DNA of 64,000 nt from the human T2T-CHM13v2.0 reference genome, Homo sapiens: the NCBI RefSeq assembly GCF_009914755.1, contig NC_060927.1; one strand, given 5' to 3'. The position numbers and the translations under genes are program-made. Positions 42,985-56,635 of this stretch are shown in pieces. Numbering within the stretch: position 1 is the stretch's first letter; each line of letters opens with the position of its first letter. The notes under the pieces were generated by a model, which was not told the DNA's origin, ran no database searches, and worked only from the letters and a program-made list of their open reading frames with translations.

Positions 42985-45412
42985 CAGGCACACTTTGGAG
43001 ATACTGCAGGTATGAATTTAGACCACTGCAGTCGTGGATATTGCAATAAAGTGAGTCACATGAATTTTGCTTCCCAGGGCATATAAAACTTGTGTTTATA
43101 CTATAGTGTAGTCTATTAAGTGTGCAATAGAATTATGTCTAAAAATAATGTATATACCTTAATGTAAAATATTTTATTGTGAAAAAATGCTAATGATTAT
43201 CTGAGCCTTTAGTGAGTCATAATCTTTTTGCAGGTGAAGCGTCTTGTCTTGATGTTGCTGGCTGCTAACTGATCAGGGTGATGGTTGCTGAAGGTTGGGG
43301 TTGCTGTGGCAATTTCTTAAAATGAGACAATAATGAAGTTTGCTGCATCAATTAACTCTTTCTTTCATGAAATGTTTCTCTGTAGTGTATGATGCTGTTT
43401 GATAGAATTTTGCCCACAGTGGAACTCCTTTCAGAATTGGAGTCAATTCTCTAAAACCTTGCCACTGCTATATCAACTAAGTTTATGGAATATTCTAAAT
43501 CCTTTGTTGTCACTTCAACAATATTCACAGCATCTTCACCAGAAGTAGATTACATTTCAAGTGACACCTCTTTCTTTGCTCATCCATAAGAAGCAACTCC
43601 TTAACCATAGAAGTTTTATTATGAGATTGCAGCAATTCAGTCACATATTCAGGCTCCACTTCTAATTCTGGTTCTCTTGCTACTTCCATAGCATCTGCAG
43701 TTACTTCTTCCTCTAAAGTTCTCGAAGTCATTTGTGAGGGTCAGAATCAACTTCTTCCAAACTCCTGTTAATGTTGATATTTTGACCTCCTCCCAGGAAT
43801 CACGAATATCCTTATTGGCATGTAGAATGGTAAACCATTTCCAGAATGTTTTCAATTTACTTTACACAGATCAATCAGAGGAATCTCTATCTATGCAGCT
43901 ATAGCCTTAAGAAATGTATTTCTTAGATAATAAGACAAAAAGAGTCAAAATTACTCTTTGATCCATAGGCTTCAGAATGAATGTTGTGTTAGCAGACATG
44001 AAACAAAATTAATCTCTTTGTGAATCTTCATCACAGCTCTTAGGTGACTAGATGCATTGTCAGTGAGGAGTCATATTTTGAAAGGAATGTGTTTTTTCTG
44101 AGTAGTAGGTCTCAACAGTGAGCTTAAAATATTCAGCAAACTAGGCTGTCATCCAGGCTTTGTTGTTCCATTCATATAGCCTAGGCAGAGTAGATTTAGC
44201 ATAGTTCTTAAGGGCCCTCAGGTATTCATAATGGCAAATGAGCATTGACTTCAACATAGTCATCTGCTGCATTAACCTCTAACAAAAGGGCCAGTCTGTC
44301 CTTTGAAGATTTGAACCAGGCATTCACTTCTCCTCTCTAGCTATGAAAGTCCTAGATTGGCCTCTTCTTCCAACAGAAGGCTGTTTTTTCTACATTGCGA
44401 ATCTGTTGTTTGGTGTAGCTATTTTCATCAATTATCTTAGCTACATCTTCTGGATAATTTGCTGCAGTTTCCACATAGGCACTGGTGCTTCATCTTGTAC
44501 TTTTATGTTATGGAGACAGCATCTTTCCTAAAACCTCAGGAACCAACCTCTGCAAACTTCACATTTTTCTTCTGCAGCTTTCTTACCTCTCTCAGCCTTC
44601 ATGGAATTAAGAAAGTTAGGGCTTTGCTGTAGATTAGGCTTTGGCTTAAGGGAATGTTGCGGCTGGTTTGATCTTCTACCCAGAACATTAAAACTTTTTC
44701 CACATTAGAAATGAGGCTGTTTCACTTTCTTATCATTCATGTGTTCATTAGAGTACCAGTTTTAATTTTCTTCAAGAACTTTTCCTTTGCATGTACAATT
44801 TGGCTGTTTGGCACAGGAGGCCTAGCTTTTGACCTATTTCAGCTTTTGACATGCCTTCCTCATTAAGTGTAATCATTTCCAGCTTTTGATTTAAAGCTTA
44901 AAAAACGGGTAACTCTTCTTTTCACTTGAACACTTAGAGGCTATTGTAGGGTTACTAACTGGCCTAATTTCTACATTGCTGTTTCTCAGGGAGTAAGGAG
45001 GTTTGAGAAGAGGGAGACAGATGGAGGATCACTGAGTCAGTGCAGCAGTTAGACACACACATTTATTGATTAGGTTGGCCATCTTGTATGGGTGTCGTTT
45101 GTACTGCCCCAAAACAATGACAACAGTAACATCAAAGATCACTGATCATGGATCACCATAACAGATACAATAAGAATTTAAACATTTTAAATGTTGTGAG
45201 AATTACCAAAATACGACACAGATAAGTGAGCATATGCTATTAGAAAAATGGTGCCAATAAATCTGCTTGACGCATAGTTGCCACAAACTTTCAGTCACAT
45301 AGTTGCCACAAACTTTCAGTTTGTAAAAAAATAAATTAATATCTATGAGGCACATAGATCTTAATTTATTAAATCAGGGTAAAGCAGGGTTCAATAAAAT
45401 GAGGTATGCCTA
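42985..45412 (-). mobile_element. Full-length Tigger1 (TcMar/pogo DNA transposon) with a decayed transposase
   Basis: TA-flanked termini caggcacactttggagatactgcagg ... caataaaatgaggtatgccta; length ~2.43 kb. Minus-strand ORF fragments KTFWKWFTILHANKDIRDSWEEVKISTLTGVWKKLI and EEVTADAMEVAREPELEVEPEYVTELLQSH match Tigger1/TIGD1. Confidence 0.95.
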
Positions 45413-46769
45413 TATATCTGAGGTCCAAACTCCAGTGACACACGCACAAACACACAGACACATCCCCATGGCTTTGCCAAGCTGACTACTACTAATTCTT
45501 CAAAACAAATTAAGCATCACCTCCGCTGGAATGTTTTCCCTGATCTCCTCAGTAGACACCCCAATTTAAATGTGTCATAGAAAACAGGGGTTCCCTCCAT
45601 CATAACAGGTATTCCCTGCCTCTTTAATTGCCTATCAAAACATCTATTTCACTCCAGAACCAGCTGGATCCGTCTTGGATTTCTGGGCTCATAGCACAAT
45701 TTCTAGCACATAATGAGCTCAATACGTTCATGAGTTATTAATTAATTCTTAAGGCAGCCCCATTAAGGGAGTTGCTCATATGCACAGGAGCCACCCAGGA
45801 GCTGGGAAAACACCTCGGTAAACTCCACTGATGCCTTTAGCATCACCATTAGCCCTATCCCTGACTGTGCAACTCCCCAACAAACCAGGGAACCCTAGAC
45901 AAGCTTTTCCCCTCAGATGTCTTCCTATGTCTCAGATGTTCTCATTACTTGAAATATGTAAATCAGGGGAAGCATTCAACCTACTTCTGAAGAGTATAAT
46001 GAAATATCTATGAAAATGATTATTACTGCTTTAAAACACAATGGTGTTAGATACATGCAAAAATCAAGCTACACTACAATGAGGTGTAAGAAAACCAGGC
46101 AAGAAATAGCTACTGTATAGAAGAATACATTTTATTAACTTATTTAGAGAAAAGTGTTGAAGAGCAACAAACTATGAGCGCGTGGTAAAGAGTGAGGTAC
46201 GAGTAAAGAATGGAAAACCGTTTGGGTAACTTATTTTTATACCTGCTTTAACTGTGACAGGCATAATCTTTTAGAATCTGCATAAAGTTTCAAGTGAGCA
46301 AAGGGAAACAATGGAACAATCTGATGAAGACTGACACTTCAAATGAATGAAGTCAATGTCTTCCATAGTGTAGAATTTTAAAGTCAGAAGGTTAGTTAGT
46401 CCAGCTTCCTCCTCTAGGTGCTATCCATGACTGTTCTTCTAGAGGGTCATTTAGAATCCAAGAAATACTCCCAAAGCTGAAGCCCTGGCACCTTGCTGGA
46501 TCCCATCACTGATAGGTTTTGTTACCCTTGAGTCATGTGACTCACACTAACTTTACCCACTGCTCCTAGCTTTGCTTGAATATCACAGAACTCTAAACAC
46601 CAGACGCTAGATAGGCACATTACGAATACTCTCTTTGACTATTCTGAACAATTTATGAGAAACAAATTGTCACTATTTTGAAGATGAAGGGACTGAGTCA
46701 CAGAAACATTAAGGATGTTATTAAGGACTCACAGTCAACAACTGGAGAGGAGCCAATAGTGGACAGGTA

Positions 46770-46965
46770 GTATGATGGAGTATTTAAGAACTTACACTTC
46801 ACGTGACTGCCTGGATTCAAATCCCAGTTCCACCATGTACTAGCTATGTGACCTTAGGAAAGTTGCTCAACCTCTCTAAATCTACTTTCTAAGGCTGTTA
46901 CGAGGATTAAATAGGTTAACATACGTAAAGTACTTGGAACGGTGCCTGGTACTTAATAAGCCCCA
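46770..46965 (+). mobile_element. MIR
   Basis: gactgcctggattcaaatcccagttccacca..tagctatgtgaccttaggaaagtt..gaggattaaat..gtaaagtacttggaacggtgcctgg. Confidence 0.85.
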
Positions 46966-47008
46966 TAGAAATGTTTGTTGGATATATAAAAGGATGGCAG
47001 AACTGTGA

Positions 47009-47380
<372 letters not shown>

Positions 47381-47590
47381 TGAAGGCTGCCACACATCTC
47401 TGAAGTTTTTCTCTTCTCCATATATTCCTCTTTCCTCAGTGGTCCTTAATATTAACTGGTTGCCTGAATTTTCTACATCCTTCTGGATTTTGTTCTGACT
47501 GAAAGAGTGGGACCCAACATTGCTACAATACTTCAGCAGATTACAATAAAAATATTACCTCCCAGATTTGAGTAGAATTGTTCTTCTAAT

Positions 47591-47776
47591 GCAGTGGTTT
47601 GTAGAAAGCAGAAGTTTCCAGGAGCATCAGCATCGTCTGGGAAATTGTGTGACATGTAAATTCTCCAGTTCCACCCTAGACTGACTGAATCAGAAACTCT
47701 GGGGATGTGATGCAGCAATCTGTATGTTAACAAGCTCTCCAGGTGATTATAACGCCGCTCAAGTTTGAGAACCATT
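47591..47776 (+). mobile_element. MER5A-type MITE
   Basis: gcagtggttt..gcatcagcatcgtctgggaaatt..gactgactgaatcagaaactctgggg..caagtttgagaacca. Confidence 0.85.
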
Positions 47777-49746
47777 ATTTTGATGGAGCTTAAATCTGCA
47801 ATAGGGGTTAAGGCATCTACATGCTTATCAGTGCATACTAAATTAATAATTGATAGTCTTTTAGAATTTGGGCCTCCAACATATATCTAATGCAATGTTG
47901 TGGTTTTAAATCCTTTTTCAGGCCTTCTTGATTTGGACCCACCATTCCAGTCCCTCAAGATCTCTCTAAATCCACACTCTGTAGTGGAGCATTTTGGCTC
48001 TCCTTCCCAGCTTTGTGGCCCTTGAACATTTGGTAAGCATGTCATCCATATCTTCATGGTGTCCCTTACAACATCCACAGAGAGGACTGAGGCAGAGAGC
48101 CAGAGGGCTTTGGCAGATCAACCCTCTCTAGTCTGCTGCTAATCCACAAAAACATCTCATGCATATGGTTGTTCAACTTGTGAAATTTCCTAAATACTAT
48201 CAGCCTGCATATCTCCATTTTATCCAAGATTACACCACGGAAGACTTACTTTGTTCTAAAAATAAAAGCCAGAAACAATCCTTATGAGTAGGGAAGCTAT
48301 GGATATTCTTCTGAGGCTTCCCTTTGTTCCTCCCTTTGCCTACTCTTTCCTGTCCCCACAACCAGAAGAATATGGCCTGGAAGCCAGGCAGACCCTCAAA
48401 ACCTTCAGACCAAAGGCATACCTCTGCTAAGAAGAGTTTCTTTTCTCTTTCAGGTATTTTTAGTCTTCATAGTCCTACAGAGTAGGACATTTTCCTTAAA
48501 AACATTTTTACAGAATTAGAAATTGAATCTCAGAAAAATTAAGCAATTTTTTCTCAGATCTTATCACCTAGCTAGTAGGGACACCCATATTTATAGTCCA
48601 GTCTGTCCACCAAGGTTCATACTTTGCCTGCTATGTTATATCAATACTACTGTGTCTATACATGCCAGGACAAATAAAAATGTTGAGGATCTTTGAGACC
48701 CTCTTAATCTACTCTTCATTCCAGAGAGTACTAAACTCAATTACTGATGGACAAAACAACACATATCCCAGCTACCTGAATGGCAACATCTTGAAACATC
48801 TATAGGAATCCAGCCCTCAGTAACTTCTGCAAGAATCCCCTAAGGCGTGAAGACTCATCTGGCCACAATTCCTTTTGTCCTGGAGACTACTGACCCCTAA
48901 AAAGGAATGTCAACTGTGCAAGGGGCTTTTACACAAAGCCAATTATCTCCTCCTACTCTCTCTGCCAATCTTGGAAAAGTCAAGTCCTGGACTTGTTAAA
49001 GAAGGTGATTCATCTCTGTGTGGAAAGAATGCCAACAGCAACTGTATAAAAGGTTTCTTTCTTCACATCCCTAATTCCTGAGGACCTGATAGTCACTTAC
49101 TGTAAGGTAAGTAATTGTGAGCTTCCAGATTTGGCAGACAGTTGAGTAATAATGGAAGGGAACACTATTCAGACCTTCTCTCACAGACAGGTTTCAAGGG
49201 AGTCCAATCAAATTGACTGACAGAAGATTCAATTCTTCTTGGTGAAATAAGAAACACAGGCTCGGGAGACCTTCAAGCAGCAAATTTGCACTCTTGTGCC
49301 CTTTTATTTATAAATTATAAATTTTTATAAATTCTTAATATTTACAAATTTATACATTCTTTTATCTTCCTATCTTAGGAGACTCAAGATGAGCTTATCT
49401 GTGACTCACCATCTGTCCTATGCTCTTATATACAATCTACTTCCTTCCCGTTCTTCATGTAAATGGACTGGCCAAAGCTTTCTGAGAGGATGAGTATTAT
49501 AATTAAGAAACAGAGTAGACAATAAGGCAAATGATAAATTTCACAAATAAACATGTAATAGAAACTTCAGCATTTTAACATGTAATAGAAAATATTGTTT
49601 ATAATTTTATTCTGAGAACCTAGCATGTTCTTCTAAAAGTTTCAACCATTTTGGCATATCAATTTTTAAAATACGATTAGTGATGCATTTATTCGTAGTC
49701 TCAGGACTCAGAAAACCAAAAGAGACAATTAAAAAGTTCATTGTAT

Positions 49747-50531
49747 TTCTCTAATGACCAGTGATGATGAGCTTTTTTTCATATGCTTGTTGGCCACATA
49801 AATGAGATACCATCTCACACCAGTTAGAATGGTGATCATTAAAAAGTCAAGAAACAACAGATGCTGTAGAGGATGTGGAGAAATAGGAATGCTTTTACAC
49901 TGTTGGTGGGAGTGTAAATTAGTTCAACCATTGTGGAAGACAGTGTGGTGATTCCTCAAGGATCTAGAACCAGAAATACCATTTGACCCAGCAATCCCAT
50001 TACTGGGTATATACCCAAAGGATTATAAATCATTCTACTGTAAAGACACATGCACACATATGTTTATTGCAGCACTATTCGCAACAGCAAAGACTTGGAA
50101 CCAACCCAAATGCCCATTAATGATAGATTGGATAAAGAAAATGTGGCACATATACACCACATATACTATGGAGCCATAAAAAAGGATGAGTTCATGTCCT
50201 TTGCAGGGACATAGATGAAGCTGGAAACCATCATTATCAGCAAACTATCACAGGAACAGAAAACCAAACACCACATGTTCTCACTCATAAGTTGGAGTGG
50301 GAACTCATAAGTGGGAACAAAGAGAACACATGGACACAGGGAGGGGAACATCATACACTGTGGCCTGTTGGGTGTTGGGGGATGAAGGGCTAGGGGAGGG
50401 ATAGCATTAGAAGAAATACCTAATGTAGATGACGGGTTGATGGGTGCAGCAAACCACCATGCCACGTGTATACCTATGTAACAAACCTGCATGTTCTGCA
50501 CATGTATCTCAGAACTTAAAGTATAATTTAA
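49747..50531 (+). mobile_element. 5'-truncated, 5'-inverted L1PA (L1PA7-like)
   Basis: Sense L1 from aatgagataccatctcac to cagaacttaaagtataat, preceded by an inverted block at ~49741-49804. 16-bp TSD aaaaagttc(a/g)ttgtat at 49731-49746 and 50532-50547. Confidence 0.95.
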
Positions 50532-53501
50532 AAAAAGTTCGTTGTATGCTTTGTTTTATGTGGTATTACACTAAACCTGCCAATCAAGAAACAAACACTC
50601 TTTTGTAGTCTCTTTTATTTACAAACAATTTTCCTGGTTAACTGTTAAAAATAACATTAACATATCTTCAGAGCAAGTACAGTACTCCTTCAAAAGCATG
50701 AAGCATAAAGCCAAAGGCAATTCAATAGGATACTATCCTCAAAATTTAGTCTTCCTTTGGTATGGGCACAGGGTAAGAAAATGCATGGCATTTGGCCCAT
50801 CATACTCTTATACTTCCTCCATAGCAGACATCACTAATCAATCACAGTATTTTTTACTGCTAACCTCAGAGATCTGGCCTTGTAATACTTCCAAACACAT
50901 CAGCCCTAACAGTCACCAAAATCTACTGGAGTTGGCATAAAACTATTTGCCATCCTAGGCTTTGTGATAGTCTACCAGAATTTGTAGAATCAATGGCTAC
51001 TGTTCTGGTTCAGGTTTCCTATGTAAGGAAAACAAAATCAAACAAAATACAGCTACAGCAACTCAAATACACAATCCTTCCAGGAAGGATTCTTTGATAG
51101 TTCATTTAAAAACAAATCCTCAATTTTTCAATGGCTCAGAAGACTGCTGCAGACCATATGTGCTATACGTAGGTAATAATGGAACTGGAAGTACAGGGAA
51201 AAGTTCAAGCCTCAAACATAATTTACAGATGGGCAGAGCTGATTCAACTGTAAGGACCTGTATCAGATAGGTGACTGCTGCAATACTTGCTTTTCTTACT
51301 AATTGAAAAGTATATATGAAATTTGTCCAATACGCTGTAGGTAGGATAATGACTTAATATGATGAACTGCACTTTTTAATTGAAAGAACATTACGTGTAT
51401 CATAAATCACAAAGGAAAACTACCACACTAATACGTGGCATTCTATACCTCATGTTCTAAAAACAAAATGTTCTATTTGGCTTGGGCCTCAAAATTCTTC
51501 ATGTTCTAATTAGTCTTGAAGGCAACAGGGCTACTTTCTACAACTGTAACCATCATGCAACAAAAAGTGAGAGTCTGAAATATGATGTAAGGATTTTTTT
51601 CAAGTGAGCAAAAAATTGCTAAAAATATATTACAACAAATACGAATAGCTATAATTTGATATTATTTAAGTTAATATTTTATTTTGTAGAATAAAAATAA
51701 TTTATGAAAATTGCAATGATCAAACACAATATTGAAGAACTATAATTTACTTATTTAGAAATAAATAAATGTAAGAAGTTGTTACAAGTGCTACCATTTG
51801 CAATATCTTCAATATACTTTCTTATACTAATTTTCAAATTACACATACTTAATATATATACAATGTTAGAATTGTTTTTCTGTATATTTGTATAATTTGT
51901 GTATGTGTGTATATATGTGTGTAATTTGAAAATCATATATGTCAACATATATATAGATAGATAGATATAGATAGATATAAAATCTGAAAGGCCATGCACT
52001 AGCAAGAAGATGACACTACTAGTGACTAGTTCTGGAACAATTAAACATGACAGTTTTTTAAAAATGAGCAAAACCACACACTGTAACACTTATGCCTAGG
52101 CGAGAACACCAGGTATCTCATCTTCACTATCAAGCAAATTATTTTAAAATTTCCCCCAAAACACATCATCCTTAAAGAATATGAACACCATCAACTGTTT
52201 AAAAATGTCTAATAAAGTAAAGATTCTATATAACAGACATCCTGATTACAAAAGCTAATAAAGAAAACATGTTTACAGTTCCTTAAAAGCATATGTAAAA
52301 TCATGTTTAATATAATACTGCTTTAAATAGCTCACTCAGGTCTTTCTAAGGAATCTCTCAAGTAAACAATCATTTCAGGAAAATCTGAGGCCCTGAAGAT
52401 CAGGAAAGAGCCTGAGGGCACAGTTGGGAAGCTCAGAAGAAGCTGCTAGGTCCACCCAGCTGCTGCTCTTTGGTGGGGAAAAGGCACTTTCAGAGACAAC
52501 TCATTGTCTGGCACAGATTCTGCCTGCAAGATCGAAAGTACTTCCCTGGAATTGTGTCTCAGCCTGGCATTAGCACCCTGCTGCACAAACCACCTTGGTT
52601 TCACCCCATGGACTGGTTCTTTCCCACAGTGGTGAAATCTGACTCTCCAAGGGTTCTCTGAGGCTTGGCTTCACCCAGATCACACCTGAAGAGCAACTTG
52701 GTTTTCTTTCCCTCTACAGGGTGTTCATAGCTTCAGAGGGATTACTGCTACAAATGTACAAATTAACACAAAAGTTTTACTATCTAAATTTAAGTACTCA
52801 TTTAGGTTTGTTAATTTTGTATAATCTTTTAAATTTTTAAGGTATTGTTTCAATGGTTGCCATCTTCAATCAGAGGAACTGAAACAAAAAAATTAAAATG
52901 AAAAATTTACTTTTTAAATCTGCAAAGCTAAATGAGTGTTGAAGAAATGTAAATGATTAAAATTCCAAAAAATTAGTTGCAAGTTTGTATCATTTACGGA
53001 ACCGCACTACCAATTTGGGAACATCCTGTGTCTCCCATAACCTGGCGAATTTCTTTTGGAATCAAAGGTATTATTCCCTTCAAGTTAATGAATGTCCTTT
53101 GGGCAGCCTACATTTGTTGTTTTTCTCTTGAATTAAGATGAGTGTTTCATTAAAGGTATGGTTTTTGGGATTTTGAGAAATTATCTGATAGAGTATGGTT
53201 TTCTAAAATTAAGAAAAAAATTAAAATTCTTATTGTTATTGCCTTGCATTTGAGACAATTTTAACGTTCCTATTTGCTATTTGGACATCTCATTCAGGAA
53301 TCTCAACTGAAGAAAATGATCTCATTATCTCAATCATGTGGACAAACATCATCAAATGCTTGCATTTGAACACTGGCCAATATATAAAAAGAGACATTGG
53401 GTATTTATGGTAGTGGTTTTCAAGATTTTTTTTTTTTTTTTTTACTGTAACCCCAGTCAGAATTCCATTTTGCAATCATGATCCAGGACATACATATAAA
53501 G

Positions 53502-53502
<1 letters not shown>

Positions 53503-53536
<34 letters not shown>
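53503..53536. repeat. (GT)n microsatellite
   Basis: Directly visible. Confidence 0.95.
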
Positions 53537-53537
<1 letters not shown>

Positions 53538-53811
53538 TTTCACATTTTTTGGATGAAACAAATGTTTCAAATACATTTGATATACTCTAATACTTTTCTA
53601 TTTTAGTCTGTTTACTTAAAACTTTTGTTGATCGTGACTTATTATGTTAATTCAAGGCCCACTAATGTGTTGGCAGGTAAGTCTGTAAAACAATAAACTA
53701 AGTATAATGGGTTAGTCAATACACAGCAGGGTTACTACATTAATCCTTTTATAGTTTGTTTTCTGCACTTTTTAAACTTCATTAGAAGTAGAAAAGTAGG
53801 AAGAGAACAAA

Positions 53812-53990
53812 AGTGCTTCTCAAACTCCAGAGTGAATCCAAACTCCAATGCAAATGAATCCCCTGGGGACCTTGTTTAAATGCAGATCCCGGGTTCAGCA
53901 GGTCTGGGCTGGAGCTCTAGATTCTGTATTTCTAATCAGCTCTTGGTGATGTGTATACTGCTGGTCTGGGGGCACCACACTCTTGAGAAA
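53812..53990 (-). mobile_element. MER5-type MITE
   Basis: agtgcttctcaaact..gaatcccctggggaccttgtttaaatgcagat..gcaggtctgggctggagc..tatttctaa..caccacactcttgag. Confidence 0.8.
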
Positions 53991-55276
53991 CGAGGATATG
54001 GAAGTCAGTCTGAGGAGATTGAGAGGAACAGACCTAACAGAAATACAGAAATAACTGCATGGGACATTCCACTACTTTGTAGCTAACGCTGCCAAAGCAA
54101 GGGTCCTAACGCAGGATACGTACAGCACACACAAGGCAGCAAAAGAAGGCAACATCGGGTCAGTAGATCTCTCAGTGACACCGGCACCATCATAATCTTC
54201 TTCTCTGTGATCTTTATCCAATTTCCTTTCTCCATAACCTACACCCGCCCAAAAAAGTACAAGCAATGCAATCCTGTTTCTGACTGCTTGAAAGCTACTT
54301 AGGAATAGATTACCTGAATATGTGGACAGCTACTAGATCAGGCAAAGCAGAAACTGGTTACAGAAAACCAGCAAAAGAGGATCCAAACAAAGAGTGTGGA
54401 ATATGTATTAACATTTTATTTAAGGAACTTAAACTGTGAAATTCACTTGTCAAAATGGTCTATGTTCCTAAAAATATGTCTTAATGTGAAGAAGTAAATC
54501 CTATCATTCAAAGCATCATTTCATAATTCTAAACGATATAGTTAGAATTACCAAACTAGGAAATGTTGAGCCAGTCATTGTAACTGTTTCTGGTACAATA
54601 CTGGGTTTTTGTACTTTCAGTCTCCAGATTTTGGAGTATGCATATATTGATAAAATAAAAATATTTTTAGTTTTGAGGAAGCTATCTTTTATGTCATCAT
54701 TTTTTGTAAGTATCTGGAGGGGCAGGGAATATGTTGTTCACTACTGTACCCAAGCATACCTCTGGCACATATTTGGTGCTGAATAAATATTTGATAACAA
54801 AAGAATGAATGGATGAACGTAATTTTAAAAATAACATGTTACATCTTACTATATACTTTATTAGCTAATTTGCCATAACATATTCACTTTATTGTACTGA
54901 GCAGAAACCTTTAAAAAGGAGGCAGAAGTGAAAAGTGGAATTCTCCAAATTACAATTGTTTACAATGCAGATGGGGAAAAAAGGAAGGAAAAGAAAAAAG
55001 AGATAGAGGAAGAGAGGGGAGAAGGATAGGAAGAGGCAGTGAGAGACAGAGTACAAGTGTAGGACAATGATTCGTAATTTCTGGGTGGAGTAGAATATTG
55101 GCCCACGGAGCAGGAGGTGTGTCAGAATCAACCGGAGAAAATGTTCCAATTTTCCGGATTTGGAAACATCTCCCCCTACCCCATGAGGGCGAAGATCATC
55201 ATGATGAAAAAGCAGCTATAACTGATGAAAAGCTTAGGGGGTGGGGAGAGATTAAGAGGTAGAACTAAAGTCTAAA

Positions 55277-55845
55277 CAGTGGTTTCCAACAGGGATGATT
55301 TTGCCCCCAAGAGGATACTAGGCAATGTCTAGAGAAATTTTTGATTGTCATAACTGTGGCAGGGGATAGGGGGAGCAGTGCTAATGAGATCCAGTAACTA
55401 GAAGCCAGAGATGCTGCTAAATATCCTATAATGCGGCCGGGCGCGGGGGTTAACGCCTGTAATCCCAGCACTTTGGGAGGCCAAGGTGGGAGGATCACGA
55501 GGTCAGGAGATCGAGACCATCCTGGCTAACACGGTGAAACCCCGTCTCTATTAAAAATACAAAAAAAAAATTTGCCTGGCGTGGTGGTGGGCGCCTGTAG
55601 TCCCAGCTACTCGGGAGGCTGAGGCAGGAGAATGGCGTGAACCTGGGAGGCGGGGCTAGCAGTGAGCTGAGATTGCGCCACCGCACTCCAGTCTGGGGGA
55701 CAGAGCGAGACTCCGTCTCAAAAACAGACAAACAAATAAACAAACAAAAATTCCTAAAATATCCTATATTGCACAGGGCAGCCCCTCCGACCCCAACAAA
55801 TTATGTGCTCTAAAATGTCAACAAGTCTGAGGCTGAGAAACCTTG
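55277..55845. mobile_element. MER20 split by an AluY
   Basis: cagtggtttccaacagggatgattttgccccc..ggcaatgtctagagaaatttttgattgtcataact..gatgctgctaaatatcctata [Alu] gcacagggcagcccc..aaatgtcaa..gaggctgagaaacc. Confidence 0.88.
55435..55750 (+). mobile_element. AluY
   Basis: AluY diagnostics; TSD aaatatcctata(a/t)tgc on both sides. Confidence 0.96.
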
Positions 55846-56179
55846 CTCCAGGGGAACACGGGGGCATGGTAGAGACAAGAACAAGCTATTAGGAGAGAGA
55901 GCATGCACTCACCATGACCAGTAGGCTGTCTCAGGTGGAAAGTAAGGTCTTAGAGAATGAAGACAGTATGGGAGGAAGATGATGGGGCTGAGGAAGGCAG
56001 TGGGAGATCTGGCTGTGACTCCTGGTTCAAGGGATCCCTCTTTAGTAGATCCCAAATCAAATGCTGGTGTGGTCAGCTTAGTGTTCCAGCTAAACGCAGT
56101 TTGCCCCTCATGAGAACCATGCAAAAGTCCAAATGAGGCCAACAATCCTCAGGTGGAAGTCGGGGTTACAGGCTGCCCT

Positions 56180-56635
56180 GCTGGTAGATGCTGCTGGTGC
56201 CTCGACTATACTCCCATGGCACCACTTCAGCGCCCACCACCTTGTCTTCTGACTGCCAACACCTGCATTCCTTTGCCTGGAGGATTACTCTTGGCTGCCC
56301 AAGTGATAGTCCTGAAATGACAGGGAATCATTTGCCTCTGAAGGCAGTCCCCAACAAATGCCTGACAGATTTTGGTGAATAAATACCTACTCCCTTGCCT
56401 CTAGGATGGGTCAACCACAAGACAAGCATTCCATGCTGTATAAGAGTCCCCCAGTGTGACTAAGCTCCAGGTGCCCACAATGCTTAACTGATTTGATAAT
56501 GCCCACTTTACTGGCTGCTGTCCCTTCCTGGCTCTTCCCCAATTTCCTACTGGTACTTTCTTTACCTCCCCCCTAAAAATCACTTGCACTTGAATTTTCA
56601 TCTCAGAGTTTGCTTCTGGGGAGCCCAAACTGATG
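56180..56635 (+). mobile_element. ERVL LTR16-family solo LTR
   Basis: tggtagatgctgctggtgcc start; ends aaatcacttgcacttgaattttcatctcagagtttgcttctggggagcccaaact. Confidence 0.75.
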
